From positions 1 to 58,644 of the forward strand of contig JABSOQ010000005.1 in assembly GCA_013216195.1 (NCBI GenBank): a stretch of DNA of 58,644 nucleotides, in the 5' to 3' direction. The notes beneath the pieces were generated by a model. The model was not told the origin of the DNA, searched no databases, and saw nothing but the letters and a program-made list of their open reading frames with translations. The position numbers and the translations under genes were made by a program. The stretch comes from Bdellovibrionales bacterium. Lineage in GTDB: Bacteria; Bdellovibrionota; Bdellovibrionia; Bdellovibrionales; UBA1609. How positions within the stretch are numbered: position 1 is the first letter of the stretch; every line of letters begins with the position of its first letter. This document shows, piece after piece, positions 1 through 10,194 of the stretch.

Positions 1-417
1 CGCTCGAGGCACAAGAACATCCGCTCCTCGGCATTAAGAGCCTAGGGAAACCAGACCCGCAGATCTTAGCAATCACGGCTGTAGCGGCAATATAGGTGTT
101 AGAGCACACCAGTTCGGCAAATCAGTGTCTCATCAAGAACAATGGGCGTCTCAAGCAACGCAACTAAACTGTAAACCAGTTCGACACTGAAACTGCTGTA
201 ATCATTAAACTTATTTATGCAGCAAATAAATCGACCGCTGAAATGTCTTATTATGAACCCTTAGGTCTTAAAAAATTGAGAAACTCAATTTGTTTCATTA
301 TGATTGAATGCAGAGTTGGAAGAGTGGAATTAGGGAGCCACTTTGTCTAATAATTAGTTCGTTGCAAACACGCGGTCCGTATCCTCAGCAGGCACAACTC
401 GAATAGGGTGATGTAAA

Positions 418-2877
418 TTGAGGAGCGTTGCAGTGTTAGAACGGCACTTTTTACGGTTTGTACCGTTAGCTTTGGTTGTATTTTCGCAAAATTCTCTTTC
501 CCTCTTAGATCAAGATGGAAAGGGCTCTAAAGATGGCGTGGTTGCGCTTTATCTTTTCAATGAAAAGAGTGGCAAGACTGTTCGAGACCGCTCAGGCTTC
601 GGCACCCCACTTAATCTCGAAATTTCAAACACCAGCAATATCGAATGGACGGGCAAATCACTTATAATAAATAAGAACACCAGCCCTAGAGGTTTTAACC
701 GTATTCGCCCCAATAGCTGGAACAACTTTGACATCAAAAAAGACTCGGTATTCATCACTTCGACTCAGCCAGCTAACAAGATTCATGACCAATGCAACAA
801 AAACAAACAGATCACGCTTCAGACCTACTTCAGATCAAGCAACAGAGTTCAACAAGCCAATATATTCTCACTTGAGTTCCCGGCTGGTTTTTATCAAAAC
901 TTTTCGAAACCACAAAACCAATATGGAAGGCTCGCAGGATCGATTCTAAGATGGAGCCCGAACTTCATTCCTTACCGGGTTGAGCAGCAGTACCCGGGTG
1001 GCATTCCCAAGATTCGATTTCGCTACCGAGGTGAAAAAGGTGCTCGCATTCGAGGGCTGGGCATAGACCTTGAGTCAGATCTGCTAAAAATCGACAGAGA
1101 CTTGAGCGACAATAGTAAAATCCACGAGGTGATCTTTACACACAACTCGAATGGTCAAGTCGAAGTTTACCTCGATCGGTTTTTAGTTCATAGCTACTTG
1201 CCGACTCAGCAAGACACTTCTACCTACAACTTCAGCCCTGAATTCTTTCGCAAAAACTACAGCACTGCTTACATCGGCGGCAAAAACCGGCAGCTCCATG
1301 TGGCCATCGGCAACAAGGCCTTTCCGGGTGAAATCACAGATGCCGAAATCGACTATGTCATTAAGAAGTACAATGAGTTCTCAAAACTCTCTGTCGATCG
1401 AGACTCTGACGGCAAAAACGACAACGACTTTCCTAAGTACAAACTCGATACGAAAAACAGAGCCTCTGTTAAAAAGTACATTGAAAGGCAGCTCACTCAC
1501 GGCTTTGAGGGCGAGATTTTCATGGCTGCGGCCTATTGCAAGTACTTCACTCCGGCACAAGTATTAGATGGAGCTGAGCCTTATCAAACTCAGGTGGCAA
1601 GCCAGCAGGTTACCACTGCTAACCCTAGCGACCCATTCTTGAAATCAGCCAAAGTGATGCTTGAAAGAATCACCGGCATCAAACATAGCCTGTTTTCAAA
1701 AGATGTGAACGACATTGCTGACCTTCTAGCCCAAGGCTCTCAAGAGCAAGCAGTTGAACTTGCCATTAATCATCGAGAGTTTTTGAATACGACAGTAAAA
1801 AACATGGCGCAGAGCATGTCGAACCGAAGCGAGACCATCGACGAGAGCTTAAATGATTTTGTGGCCTCATTCATCGGTGTTGTTAGAGATGACATCGATG
1901 CCAGAGAACTGCTCACTGGTGACTTCATGTACATTGCAGACCCTGAAAAGGTCTCGGTACCTAGCGATGCCGGCCGTGACATACTGACTTCGAACCGTCA
2001 TTACGAAACACTAGAGAATCAAATGTATGATATCGGAGCTTCTCTTGTTCGAGTCGACAGCCGTAACCCAGTTGACGACCCCGTGGGAGAGACTCTTCTT
2101 GGCCAATCACTACTAACTGGTGAGAACAATAAAGTGGTACCTCTGAGGGACTCTGCAGGTGTTGTTACGAGTCGGGCTTTTATGGAAGAGCATGCTTCAG
2201 CTGGTACCAATAGAAGGCTTGTCGAATACACTTTTAGACAGTTTATGTGTGTGCCAATTGAGCAATGGGCAGATAGCTCAGCTTCAGATGCCCGTGTGGG
2301 TGGAGACATCACGCGATTTCCGAGTGGTGACCACAGAAAGTACCAAACCTCATGCAAAAGCTGTCACACCGTAATGGATGGCTTTAGAGGGGCATTCGCA
2401 TACTATGACTTTTCAGATGGGCGAGTTAAAAACTCATCTGTAAACCCAATCGATGCTCTGGGTATCGATCCATGGACTATCAACGCTGACTCATCTGGTG
2501 TGGCTACCAAAATCAACTGGAACCAGAGCATCTACCCGACGGGCTTTGCTACAACCGATAATTCCTTTGTGAACCAAGCCAATCGTGGCTCAAATGAGCG
2601 ACTTTTCGGCTGGGCCTCCGCTGGTGGCTCAAGAGGCCCTGCAAGTGTGTCTCAAAAGGCCTCTGAGGTCGGCTATGGAGCCAAAGGTTTGGGTCAACTT
2701 ATTGCGAATTCTCAGCGGTTTCCTGAGTGTATGGCAACAAGAAGCTACGAAGCTCTTTGCCTGCACTCACCGTCGAGTGTTGCGAAGCATGCGAGCGTCT
2801 TTATGCAATCAAACTACAACTTTAAAGAGCTCTTTAAGAGCATCGCAATGGATCCAAATTGCTGGAAGGATCAATAA
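418..2877 (+). CDS. Secreted LamG-like / DUF1588-like protein with one CxxCH motif
   Basis: 819-aa ORF with TTG start and hydrophobic N-terminus FLRFVPLALVVFSQ. The N-terminal segment VVALYLFNEKSGKTVRDRSGFGTPLNLEI...WTGKSL looks like a LamG/concanavalin-type lectin domain. The C-terminal CKSCHTVMDGFRGAFAYYDF resembles the CxxCHxxxDPxG signature of planctomycete-type DUF1588 proteins. Motif recognition only. Confidence 0.55.
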   Translation: MRSVAVLERHFLRFVPLALVVFSQNSLSLLDQDGKGSKDGVVALYLFNEKSGKTVRDRSGFGTPLNLEISNTSNIEWTGKSLIINKNTSPRGFNRIRPNSWNNFDIKKDSVFITSTQPANKIHDQCNKNKQITLQTYFRSSNRVQQANIFSLEFPAGFYQNFSKPQNQYGRLAGSILRWSPNFIPYRVEQQYPGGIPKIRFRYRGEKGARIRGLGIDLESDLLKIDRDLSDNSKIHEVIFTHNSNGQVEVYLDRFLVHSYLPTQQDTSTYNFSPEFFRKNYSTAYIGGKNRQLHVAIGNKAFPGEITDAEIDYVIKKYNEFSKLSVDRDSDGKNDNDFPKYKLDTKNRASVKKYIERQLTHGFEGEIFMAAAYCKYFTPAQVLDGAEPYQTQVASQQVTTANPSDPFLKSAKVMLERITGIKHSLFSKDVNDIADLLAQGSQEQAVELAINHREFLNTTVKNMAQSMSNRSETIDESLNDFVASFIGVVRDDIDARELLTGDFMYIADPEKVSVPSDAGRDILTSNRHYETLENQMYDIGASLVRVDSRNPVDDPVGETLLGQSLLTGENNKVVPLRDSAGVVTSRAFMEEHASAGTNRRLVEYTFRQFMCVPIEQWADSSASDARVGGDITRFPSGDHRKYQTSCKSCHTVMDGFRGAFAYYDFSDGRVKNSSVNPIDALGIDPWTINADSSGVATKINWNQSIYPTGFATTDNSFVNQANRGSNERLFGWASAGGSRGPASVSQKASEVGYGAKGLGQLIANSQRFPECMATRSYEALCLHSPSSVAKHASVFMQSNYNFKELFKSIAMDPNCWKDQ

Positions 2878-3542
2878 TGACTTTTTCAAATAGAATTTTA
2901 AAAGCACTCATCGTGACACTAACTTTGCCTTTGCTGCTCTCTGGCTTCACCTCATGTGATGCCCCACTGATACCGGGCTCAATGCGGGCAGTGAACTCAG
3001 ACCTCACTCCACAAGATGCTTTGAGCCCACTCTCCCCTTTGAACAAAGCCATCACAGAGACACCATCAAAACTCATGACATCGCGTCAGTATTTCATGTC
3101 ATTCATGTCGATCACCTCGTTGCAAAGACCAAATACCCGCCTTCTCGAGCGCTATGGCCTGGTGAAGTCAGTGCTTCCGACTCAAACTGACCTAAGCCTG
3201 TTAAACGCGCCCATAGCCATGGGTTTGACTAACCTTGCAGGTGTGACGTGTGAGCAGATGTATGATGATGAACTCAAAAAAGAGCCAATCGATCGCTTCT
3301 TTTTACAGAACAATGATTCAGAAGACTTCTCTAGCCTCGATGTTGGAGCATTCTCAGAGAGAATGGCACTCGCAGCTTGGGGCGAACAGCCCTCTGCCCA
3401 AGAGAGCGCACTGTTTGAGGAGTTTTATTCTGATTTCGGCTCACAGGCTGCGAACAACGACAGTACGAAAAAGAAAGCCAAAGGCTTTTTAGTGAGTGTG
3501 TGCACTGCAATCATGACCGCTCCAAAAAGCATTGTATTTTAA
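2877..3542 (+). CDS. Lipoprotein, unknown function
   Basis: ATG at 2877 shares a base with the upstream TAA stop (TAATG). The lipobox-like signal is ALIVTLTLPLLLSGFTSC. I shortened the track ORF 2859..3542 to this ATG. Confidence 0.6.
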   Translation: MTFSNRILKALIVTLTLPLLLSGFTSCDAPLIPGSMRAVNSDLTPQDALSPLSPLNKAITETPSKLMTSRQYFMSFMSITSLQRPNTRLLERYGLVKSVLPTQTDLSLLNAPIAMGLTNLAGVTCEQMYDDELKKEPIDRFFLQNNDSEDFSSLDVGAFSERMALAAWGEQPSAQESALFEEFYSDFGSQAANNDSTKKKAKGFLVSVCTAIMTAPKSIVF

Positions 3543-3573
3543 TTTGAGATTTCAAACTTAGGGTGACTGGACA

Positions 3574-4995
3574 ATGAAAAAGAAAAGTAAGAAAAAAGAC
3601 ATTAAGAACATTCCTCTTTGGGCAAGAACCGGTCACAGAAAGCCCGTGACCCGCCGAGAGTTTTTGGCCTCAGGCATTATCCCGTTTGCAGCTCAACTGG
3701 CCTTGCCAGGTGTTGCAAGCTTGCTTACCTCAGAGGTCGCAAAGGCCTGCGTAGGCTCATCAAGTGCTGTCGACACATCAATGTGCCCATTTGTGCATAT
3801 TCATCTTGCTGGTGGTGCAGGCCTTGGTTCGAACTATGTGCCGCTCGACAAGTCTGGCAACTTTTTGCCCTCATATAATAAGCTTGGGCTAGGCCGAGCA
3901 CCAGACACGGCTACGCTTTTTCAAGGAGCACCATTTCACACAAAAAGTGAGCTCTACAAATCACTCAAAGATGAGGTCACCGGAAGCGTTGAAAGAGCCA
4001 CGACCTTTTTGGCGATTCCTAATCAATCTCGTGATGACTTCTCTGAAAATGCTTTTGGCTTGGCTGGCCTAATCAACCGCTCTGGCATTGCAAAAGGTTC
4101 GCTGTTTGCCAACCTAGCCACGGTTAAATCACCCTCAGGCGGCTTTCACACTCCAGCTCTGTTTCCGCCACTTGCAGCTCCGTATGTGGTCTCAAAATTT
4201 GGAGATATCGTTGAGGCCATCTCCTACACAGACCACCTTAAAACCTTGTCTCAGGGGCAAAAACAAAAGCTATCAAAATTGATCTCAAACTTGTCATCAA
4301 CCCAACAAGCCTCATTCAATAGGCTGCCTGCGTCTCTGCAAGCAAGTGAGCTTTTTGGCTGCGTTAGCAAAGAAAATGAAGCTCTTATCGCAAGCGGTGG
4401 TGGTGACATTGATCCTTTCAAACGAAAAGATATGAGAGAGCTATGGCCAAGCCCTTCGGCGCAAGACCATCTTATTGCTGGCATGGTTTACAATGCCCTT
4501 CAGTATCAGTCTGGCGTGGTTGACATTCATTTAGGTGGCTATGACTACCATGATGGCACACGCTACACTATGCAAGACAAAGACTCGGCAGTTGGTAAGA
4601 TCCTAGGGCGAATTTTGAAAATGGCCGAGATGATGAACCAAGACCTGTTCATTTATGTCACCACTGATGGTGCTGTCGGCTCACCCATTTCAAACAGTGA
4701 CGAGGTTGAATTCACTCTCGATCGAGGCATCAGCTCAGTAGCCTATGCTTTAGCCTATAGCAGCTCGGGCACTCGCCACCCAACGAAGAACAATGCCTTT
4801 CAGCTGGGGTCTTTCAACAACGAGCAAGCTGTCGACACCAGCTTTGTTGCAAGCGCAAACCCGGCACAGTGTTCGATCTCCGTTTTTGCCAACTACTTGC
4901 TGTTCAACAAACAGCCTCACCTATTCGAGAAAGTCGCACGAGGCTCAATTTCTGACGGCGACGTGAAGGTCGTCTCTGTGTTTGAGGAGAGCTAA
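3574..4995 (+). CDS. Twin-arginine-signal protein, DUF1501-like (sulfatase-fold family)
   Basis: 473 aa. The Tat motif TRREFLASGIIPFAAQLALPG is near-consensus (S/T-R-R-x-F-L). The internal DIHLGGYDYHDG resembles the GGWDTH motif of DUF1501 proteins, which usually pair with haem-motif DUF1549/1553/1588 partners. Confidence 0.6.
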   Translation: MKKKSKKKDIKNIPLWARTGHRKPVTRREFLASGIIPFAAQLALPGVASLLTSEVAKACVGSSSAVDTSMCPFVHIHLAGGAGLGSNYVPLDKSGNFLPSYNKLGLGRAPDTATLFQGAPFHTKSELYKSLKDEVTGSVERATTFLAIPNQSRDDFSENAFGLAGLINRSGIAKGSLFANLATVKSPSGGFHTPALFPPLAAPYVVSKFGDIVEAISYTDHLKTLSQGQKQKLSKLISNLSSTQQASFNRLPASLQASELFGCVSKENEALIASGGGDIDPFKRKDMRELWPSPSAQDHLIAGMVYNALQYQSGVVDIHLGGYDYHDGTRYTMQDKDSAVGKILGRILKMAEMMNQDLFIYVTTDGAVGSPISNSDEVEFTLDRGISSVAYALAYSSSGTRHPTKNNAFQLGSFNNEQAVDTSFVASANPAQCSISVFANYLLFNKQPHLFEKVARGSISDGDVKVVSVFEES

Positions 4996-4999
4996 GATC

Positions 5000-6238
5000 A
5001 TGAATGCTGGGGGGCAGAGAAAAGTAGATCTTAAAAAAGTCATCTTAACTCAATTGTTTTGTGTCACGGTTTTGCTATTGACACAAAACTGCGGAATGAA
5101 AGCTGAACACAGTGCAAGCCTGTCTAGCAAAGCCTGTGGGTCTTCAGACTTGTTAAGTGAATGCGACCGCAAACAGCTCAAGGCTTTTGAGAAGAGCTTT
5201 TACCCCGTTCTTAAAAACAAATGTTCAACTTGTCATTCAAATGGCCCCGGCATCGGAAGGTTTGCAAATGACAACGCCATTATTGCCTGGAGCGACTTTT
5301 CATCTATCGGCAAATTCAAAATCATGGATCAAGCCCTAAACGAAAATCATCAGCCAGGTTACACTGGCCCCGCAAACGCTAGCGCCATTGCGAACGCAAA
5401 TGAAAGCTATTCAGCTGAAGAGGCCAGCTTTGAGCTCTGCAAACAAAACAGTGCGCTGAGCTGTGAACCTGGAGCAGCAAGATATGGTCTTAAAACAAAG
5501 TCAAAGGCCATGCGCTACAGTGAATCCTGGAACACGGTGACTTTCGAATACCCTGCTGATTTTCAAAAAACAGTGCCAGAGCTTGAAGGCAAGATCACAA
5601 CCTTCACTATGGAGTACCGGCTCTACCGATCTAACGACAACATTGTTGGCTATCAAATCAGAAAGCCAAACCTCACCAGTTCAGAAGATCTAAAAGTCGA
5701 AGGCTTAAGAATTGAATACAACTGGAACATTGACCCTTACTTGACCACCTACTTGAACATGAATGGTTATGTTTCAGAGGGTGAAAGCAACCTGATCGAA
5801 ACCGACAGTGAGACCTATGGCATTTTGTTCGACTCAGAAATTGAAAACTTAGATCTCAACTACATGGCTGTAATCTTTGATGGTGTCGAATTCAAAACCA
5901 AGACTGACGTTAGACCAATCGACGATGACGATGATGGCATTCCACCTGATGAGGTACCAGTTACCAATTACCAAGAGCTCACCTCTACAGGAGGCATCTT
6001 CAGAGAAAACTGCCAAGGTTGCCACAGTCCACAAGGTGGAAGGTCGCCTTACATAACAAGCTCGACACTGTCGAATCTAAAATCAGGTGGTTACATCAGA
6101 GATGGCAATAGTTTGGGTAGTGTGATTTATCAACGCATGACTGACCCGGTCAGCCCAATGCCACCATCAGGGGTATTACCGTCACTTCAGCGCAGAACGA
6201 TCAAAAAATGGATCGACGACGGAGCTGCTGCAAACTAG
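5000..6238 (+). CDS. Candidate di-haem c-type cytochrome lipoprotein
   Basis: Two CxxCH motifs: KCSTCHSNGPG near the N-terminus and NCQGCHSPQGG near the C-terminus. Lipobox-like LLLTQNCG. ATG at 5000 is preceded by GAGGAGAG; the track ORF starts at TTG 4982. Confidence 0.6.
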   Translation: MNAGGQRKVDLKKVILTQLFCVTVLLLTQNCGMKAEHSASLSSKACGSSDLLSECDRKQLKAFEKSFYPVLKNKCSTCHSNGPGIGRFANDNAIIAWSDFSSIGKFKIMDQALNENHQPGYTGPANASAIANANESYSAEEASFELCKQNSALSCEPGAARYGLKTKSKAMRYSESWNTVTFEYPADFQKTVPELEGKITTFTMEYRLYRSNDNIVGYQIRKPNLTSSEDLKVEGLRIEYNWNIDPYLTTYLNMNGYVSEGESNLIETDSETYGILFDSEIENLDLNYMAVIFDGVEFKTKTDVRPIDDDDDGIPPDEVPVTNYQELTSTGGIFRENCQGCHSPQGGRSPYITSSTLSNLKSGGYIRDGNSLGSVIYQRMTDPVSPMPPSGVLPSLQRRTIKKWIDDGAAAN

Positions 6239-6621
6239 CAGCTAGCTTCAAATTCTGAAATTTTCTCGTTTGGCCACAAACCAAAGCCACAGCCACGAAG
6301 GTTTTGCGAAAGTGAACGAGTGGCTGATCAAACCATTCACCAGACAGACAGGTCTACAGTTTGCTGGTTTGCCTTCGCCATTTTGAGACAGAAAGCCGCT
6401 AGTAATGTGCCGCAAAAAGCTAGCTCTGCCAGCGTCTCTCTCATACTGAGCCGATATTTGCTGACGACCAGTTCAAATCTGAGACAACAATGTTAAATCA
6501 TCTTAGCTTTGTGAAAAAGCCCCCATATCTCTAATTTACCAAACAAAATTAGTCGATAAACCTATGTAGTCAATGGGTTATTGCGAGCTCGAAAGTGGGC
6601 TCTTGGTACGAGGTGGTACGT

Positions 6622-9159
6622 ATGGGTAAAAGGGCAATCGAAATTCTTTGCTTAGGGGTATTGACGGCTTTCATTGTTTGCTGTGATCGCGACCTCGGCA
6701 ACCAGTCAAAGCTCAACTTCAACCTCTCTAGCCTCACTGGAGACAACAGCTCTTTGAACATCGAAAAAGAAATCAACTTTTTGGCGATCAATGTCACCGG
6801 CTCGGGAGGCAGAACGATTTGTAGTATTGATCCACCTAGAAATGGCAATAGCCAACCTCGCTGGAACGGCCCCTGTCGAGCCCTTAGCACTGAGCCTTTG
6901 ATTGTTGAGGTTGAAAACTTAAGAACCGGCAGTGGTCAAAGAGTTCAAATACTCGCAATTGTCAGAGAGAAAGATACAGTTGCTGGCACTGAGCAAGAGT
7001 ATTTCAATTACGGTGATGAAATTGCCAACATCGGCCCTGGTGATAATGTCGTAGACATTGTGATGTCACGGGCTCCGCAAGCGACCAACAAAGACTCAAA
7101 TGCCGTTGGTCGCTACCAAGAGGCCAACGGGAGCTACTACACCGGCAAGGTGGCGCTTCAGTTCACTCCACCTGCAAATGCCAAAGTGAGAGAGCCCATG
7201 ACCATCTTCAACCTCGAAATTTTTGACGGCTGGTTCAATGTTCCGCTTCTAGACAACGTCGACATTACCTACCTTAGAGAGCGCGATGGCAAGGTGCTCT
7301 TCAACCAGCCCGTGAACCTGGGCCTACCAGTGTTTCAGCCGAGCAACGGGAATGTTCTACGTCTCGACGCCCCCGAGACTTTCTACGATGACAACGGTGG
7401 TACTGAATCCGACGAGGCAAGATCTTACGTGATCGGCTTTTGGAACGACGGTCAAATCGACAACTCAAAAACCCTCTGCTACGACACTACAAGTTTCGAC
7501 GGCACAGAGTACATCTCTGACGGTTTGTCGATTCCGGTCAACTGGCCGTCAAACTTTACCATTGATGGTGGAACAACCAGCTGCGGTAATTATTTTGATG
7601 TGGGCGAACAAACAATCGCAGTTAACGGTGAATCTATGATTGACCCAGATGGCGGTGGAGCCCTGTTTTACGGGCCATACAGCAAGTTCTATACAACATT
7701 TAACAGTGAATACTCGATTTTCGATCTCACCATTGTCGGCGGTGCAGGCGGCGAGCCAGAGATCAGCTGGAAATACCTGCCCGGCGTGGTGGGCGCTGGT
7801 AAAATCACTGGCACGACTGTGTTTTATGCAACCGCAGGTTATCCAAGTGAGTTTGAGGGTCGAATCAATGACGGTGGCCCGCAAGAGTTTGATTGCAACC
7901 GATTGGCTGCAGCTGGCTTTCAAAGAGCAGTTGCTAACGGCACAACTCAAAAGGCCAGACTTACCGGGGTGACGGCCGATGTCTTCAATACTGGTAAGGT
8001 GGTGATGTGCCCAAGAATTTCTAGCAATCAGTACTTCACGTCTGTTGTTGATCTGTCTAGTAACGGTGATATCAGCGGCTGCACCAGTAACTGCGGAAGC
8101 GGCAATAGCCCAGCCACAAAACTTGTACTCTTTGATTTGCCTGATGGATCAAACCACCCTTATTACAATGCAAACGCCTGTACTCCCGTTAACATCGTCG
8201 CTCTTAATGATAGCAACGAGGAAGGGTCTCTACCTTCGTATCCCTACGGAGTCACACTGACAGCCTCTTCAGGTACATTTTATACCAATCAGAACTGCTC
8301 GATCCCTGTAAGCGGAAGTATCTCAATCAGCAATTCACATGCGCTAGTTTTCTTCAACTACAGCACCACGGGCAGCGTTAATGTCGCTGTATCGACCGAT
8401 GGCTTTGAAAGCGTAACACTTTCTGCCTCTACCAGAACAATCACTATGAATAACAATGCCGTCAGCTCGATAACTATTACCCCAGCCTTTCCCCGAATTT
8501 ACGACACCGAGTGCTCTGGGCATTACATTTACGCGGCAGACACCAATGGTGTACCTGCTAACAACACTCTCTCCGGAAATATTACGTTAAGCGCCCAAGG
8601 CCCGAGTGGCTCAGCAGGCCAATTTCACCTGGCGGGCAACTGTGGCGGCGCTACTATCTCTAGTGTTTTCCTTCCTGCAGCAGTTGAAGTCGCAGACATT
8701 GTAGAGTTTCTGCCTAATCCTGTTTCTACAGACACAACCATCACTATCAGTGGCTCCGATTCAATGGGTTGGGGTGATCTCAACTATATTGATACAGTCG
8801 TAGATGCTCAGGATGCCGAGTACGCAGTCATCGAAGGTGGTAGCCCATCTCAGTTCGTATGCAGTCAGTTCCGAATTGCTTCGTACTGGAGTGACTCTAG
8901 TGTCGGAGGCTACCCTGTTCGCGCAACACCAGCTAGCAATATTACGTTTAGCCTGAGCACCACGGGGCTCGGCGACTCGAACTTCTTTAGTGATGGCTCA
9001 TGCTCGGTCAGTGCCGGGTCTGTCACATTGCTAAATGGTAATACTGATACCTACTTCTGGTTCAGAACGAATGACAGCCCAAGCTCAAACTTCAACTTTG
9101 ACTTCACAGCATCGCCAGATAGTAGCTTTGACATTGATGATGGCAGACAGGTTCAGTAA
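6622..9159 (+). CDS. Large secreted lipoprotein, no recognisable domain
   Basis: ATG at 6622 follows AGGTGG. The signal is ILCLGVLTAFIVCCDRD. About 845 aa, rich in Ser/Thr/Gly/Asn, with no catalytic motif recognised. Confidence 0.6.
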   Translation: MGKRAIEILCLGVLTAFIVCCDRDLGNQSKLNFNLSSLTGDNSSLNIEKEINFLAINVTGSGGRTICSIDPPRNGNSQPRWNGPCRALSTEPLIVEVENLRTGSGQRVQILAIVREKDTVAGTEQEYFNYGDEIANIGPGDNVVDIVMSRAPQATNKDSNAVGRYQEANGSYYTGKVALQFTPPANAKVREPMTIFNLEIFDGWFNVPLLDNVDITYLRERDGKVLFNQPVNLGLPVFQPSNGNVLRLDAPETFYDDNGGTESDEARSYVIGFWNDGQIDNSKTLCYDTTSFDGTEYISDGLSIPVNWPSNFTIDGGTTSCGNYFDVGEQTIAVNGESMIDPDGGGALFYGPYSKFYTTFNSEYSIFDLTIVGGAGGEPEISWKYLPGVVGAGKITGTTVFYATAGYPSEFEGRINDGGPQEFDCNRLAAAGFQRAVANGTTQKARLTGVTADVFNTGKVVMCPRISSNQYFTSVVDLSSNGDISGCTSNCGSGNSPATKLVLFDLPDGSNHPYYNANACTPVNIVALNDSNEEGSLPSYPYGVTLTASSGTFYTNQNCSIPVSGSISISNSHALVFFNYSTTGSVNVAVSTDGFESVTLSASTRTITMNNNAVSSITITPAFPRIYDTECSGHYIYAADTNGVPANNTLSGNITLSAQGPSGSAGQFHLAGNCGGATISSVFLPAAVEVADIVEFLPNPVSTDTTITISGSDSMGWGDLNYIDTVVDAQDAEYAVIEGGSPSQFVCSQFRIASYWSDSSVGGYPVRATPASNITFSLSTTGLGDSNFFSDGSCSVSAGSVTLLNGNTDTYFWFRTNDSPSSNFNFDFTASPDSSFDIDDGRQVQ

Positions 9160-9248
9160 CGAGCAAGCCCTGCTGCCGATGCTGGCGTACGGGCTATGGT
9201 ATAAGCAACCTACCCTATAAGTGACAAAAGACGGGCTCTTGTAAGCAG

Positions 9249-9500
9249 CCCCTTTTATCAATGACGATAGGCCGGCTAACTCGCAAGCAAACCCTGTGAT
9301 CGATCAATAAGGCGAGTTAAATACCAAGTAAACCCTCCTGTCGATGATGGAGGCGGGTTGGCAAACTAATAAACTATGCTATCGATGACGACCGGCAGAT
9401 AGGTTTTTTGCGAACCCGATGGTTGAAGAAGGCATATTGATTCTATAGCTGGCAAATCCGAACACTGATGAATGCAGATCGGTTCAGCAGCAAAACCAAT
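9249..9500. repeat. Degenerate tandem array of about 41-bp units (5-7 copies)
   Basis: Head-to-tail units read by eye: CCCCTTTTATCAATGACGATAGGCCGGCTAACTCGCAAGCAA / ACCCTGTGATCGATCAATAAGGCGAGTTAAATACCAAGTAA / ACCCTCCTGTCGATGATGGAGGCGGGTTGGCAAACTAATAA / ACTATGCTATCGATGACGACCGGCAGATAGGTTTTTTGCGA / ACCCGATGGTTGAAGAAGGCATATTGATTCTATAGCTGGCAA, then weaker copies. Shared core is ACCCT-N4-TCGATGA-N4-GGCGG. Confidence 0.5.
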
Positions 9501-9600
9501 TTTCAAAGTCGGCATACAAGTTAAGTAGGCATTGAACTCGATTTTCGAAGTGAAAGTGGTTTAGTAAAACAGCTCTATTACGATGCTAAAAAACTAGTGC

Positions 9601-9645
9601 CCAAAAAGTAAAATGCCAGCTCATTTAGCTGGCATTTCTTATCGC
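9601..9645 (-). terminator. Rho-independent terminator after rplQ (possibly bidirectional)
   Basis: 10-bp stem AAATGCCAGC (9611-9620) / GCTGGCATTT (9628-9637) with a 7-nt loop. It has T-rich runs on both strands and lies about 47 nt downstream of the rplQ stop. Confidence 0.6.
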
Positions 9646-9683
9646 TTTTCCACAGCAAAAGTGGATAACTGATTTTTTTACAA

Positions 9684-10178
9684 TTAACGATTGATTCTTC
9701 TAGATTCGTTCGCCATCTTACGAACATTTTTCTTCTTAGCAGCTCTGCGCTTAGCAAGCATACGAGCTGTTGACTTGAAGTCCTCGTTACCTTCGACAGT
9801 AGTCTCTCCACTCTCTGGGTACTGGTAATCTACGAATTCGATAAAAGCCATTTCCGCAGCATCACCTGGTCGAGAACCCAACTTAATGATTCTAGTGTAA
9901 CCACCCGGGCGGTCTTTGAAACGAACCGCTAGATCATCAACAAGAGTCTTAACCGTTGATTGGTTAGGATATTTCGACAAAAGAACTCGTCTAGTTGAAA
10001 CATCACCTTTTTTACCAGCAGTGATCGCCTTCTCAACGTGACGTCTTAGCTCTTTAGCTTTGGTGACGGTAGTCTTGATTCGACCGCGCTCAACCAAAGA
10101 GTCTACAAGACCTCTGATCAGGGCTTTTCTCGGGCCAGATTTTCTACCAAATGAGTGTTTTCTAACTCTGTGTCTCAT
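9684..10178 (-). CDS. rplQ: 50S ribosomal protein L17
   Basis: N-terminus MRHRVRKHSFGRKSGPRKALIRGL. Last gene after rpoA. 164 aa, with a charged C-terminal extension of about 40-50 aa beyond ...AFIEFVD. Confidence 0.95.
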   Translation of the reverse strand: MRHRVRKHSFGRKSGPRKALIRGLVDSLVERGRIKTTVTKAKELRRHVEKAITAGKKGDVSTRRVLLSKYPNQSTVKTLVDDLAVRFKDRPGGYTRIIKLGSRPGDAAEMAFIEFVDYQYPESGETTVEGNEDFKSTARMLAKRRAAKKKNVRKMANESRRINR

Positions 10179-10194
10179 TACATAACTCCAATAT

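Noticed and set aside
1-417. Possible partial gene or RNA at the left edge, and similarly the non-coding stretch 6239..6594
   Set aside because: There is no ORF of useful length on either strand and no recognisable RNA motif or strong secondary structure. Left unannotated.
6570-6890. 106-aa minus-strand ORF, together with ORFs 7549..7950 (-) and 7640..7972 (+)
   Set aside because: They overlap the long lipoprotein ORF, which has a clear signal peptide. They are most likely frame shadows.
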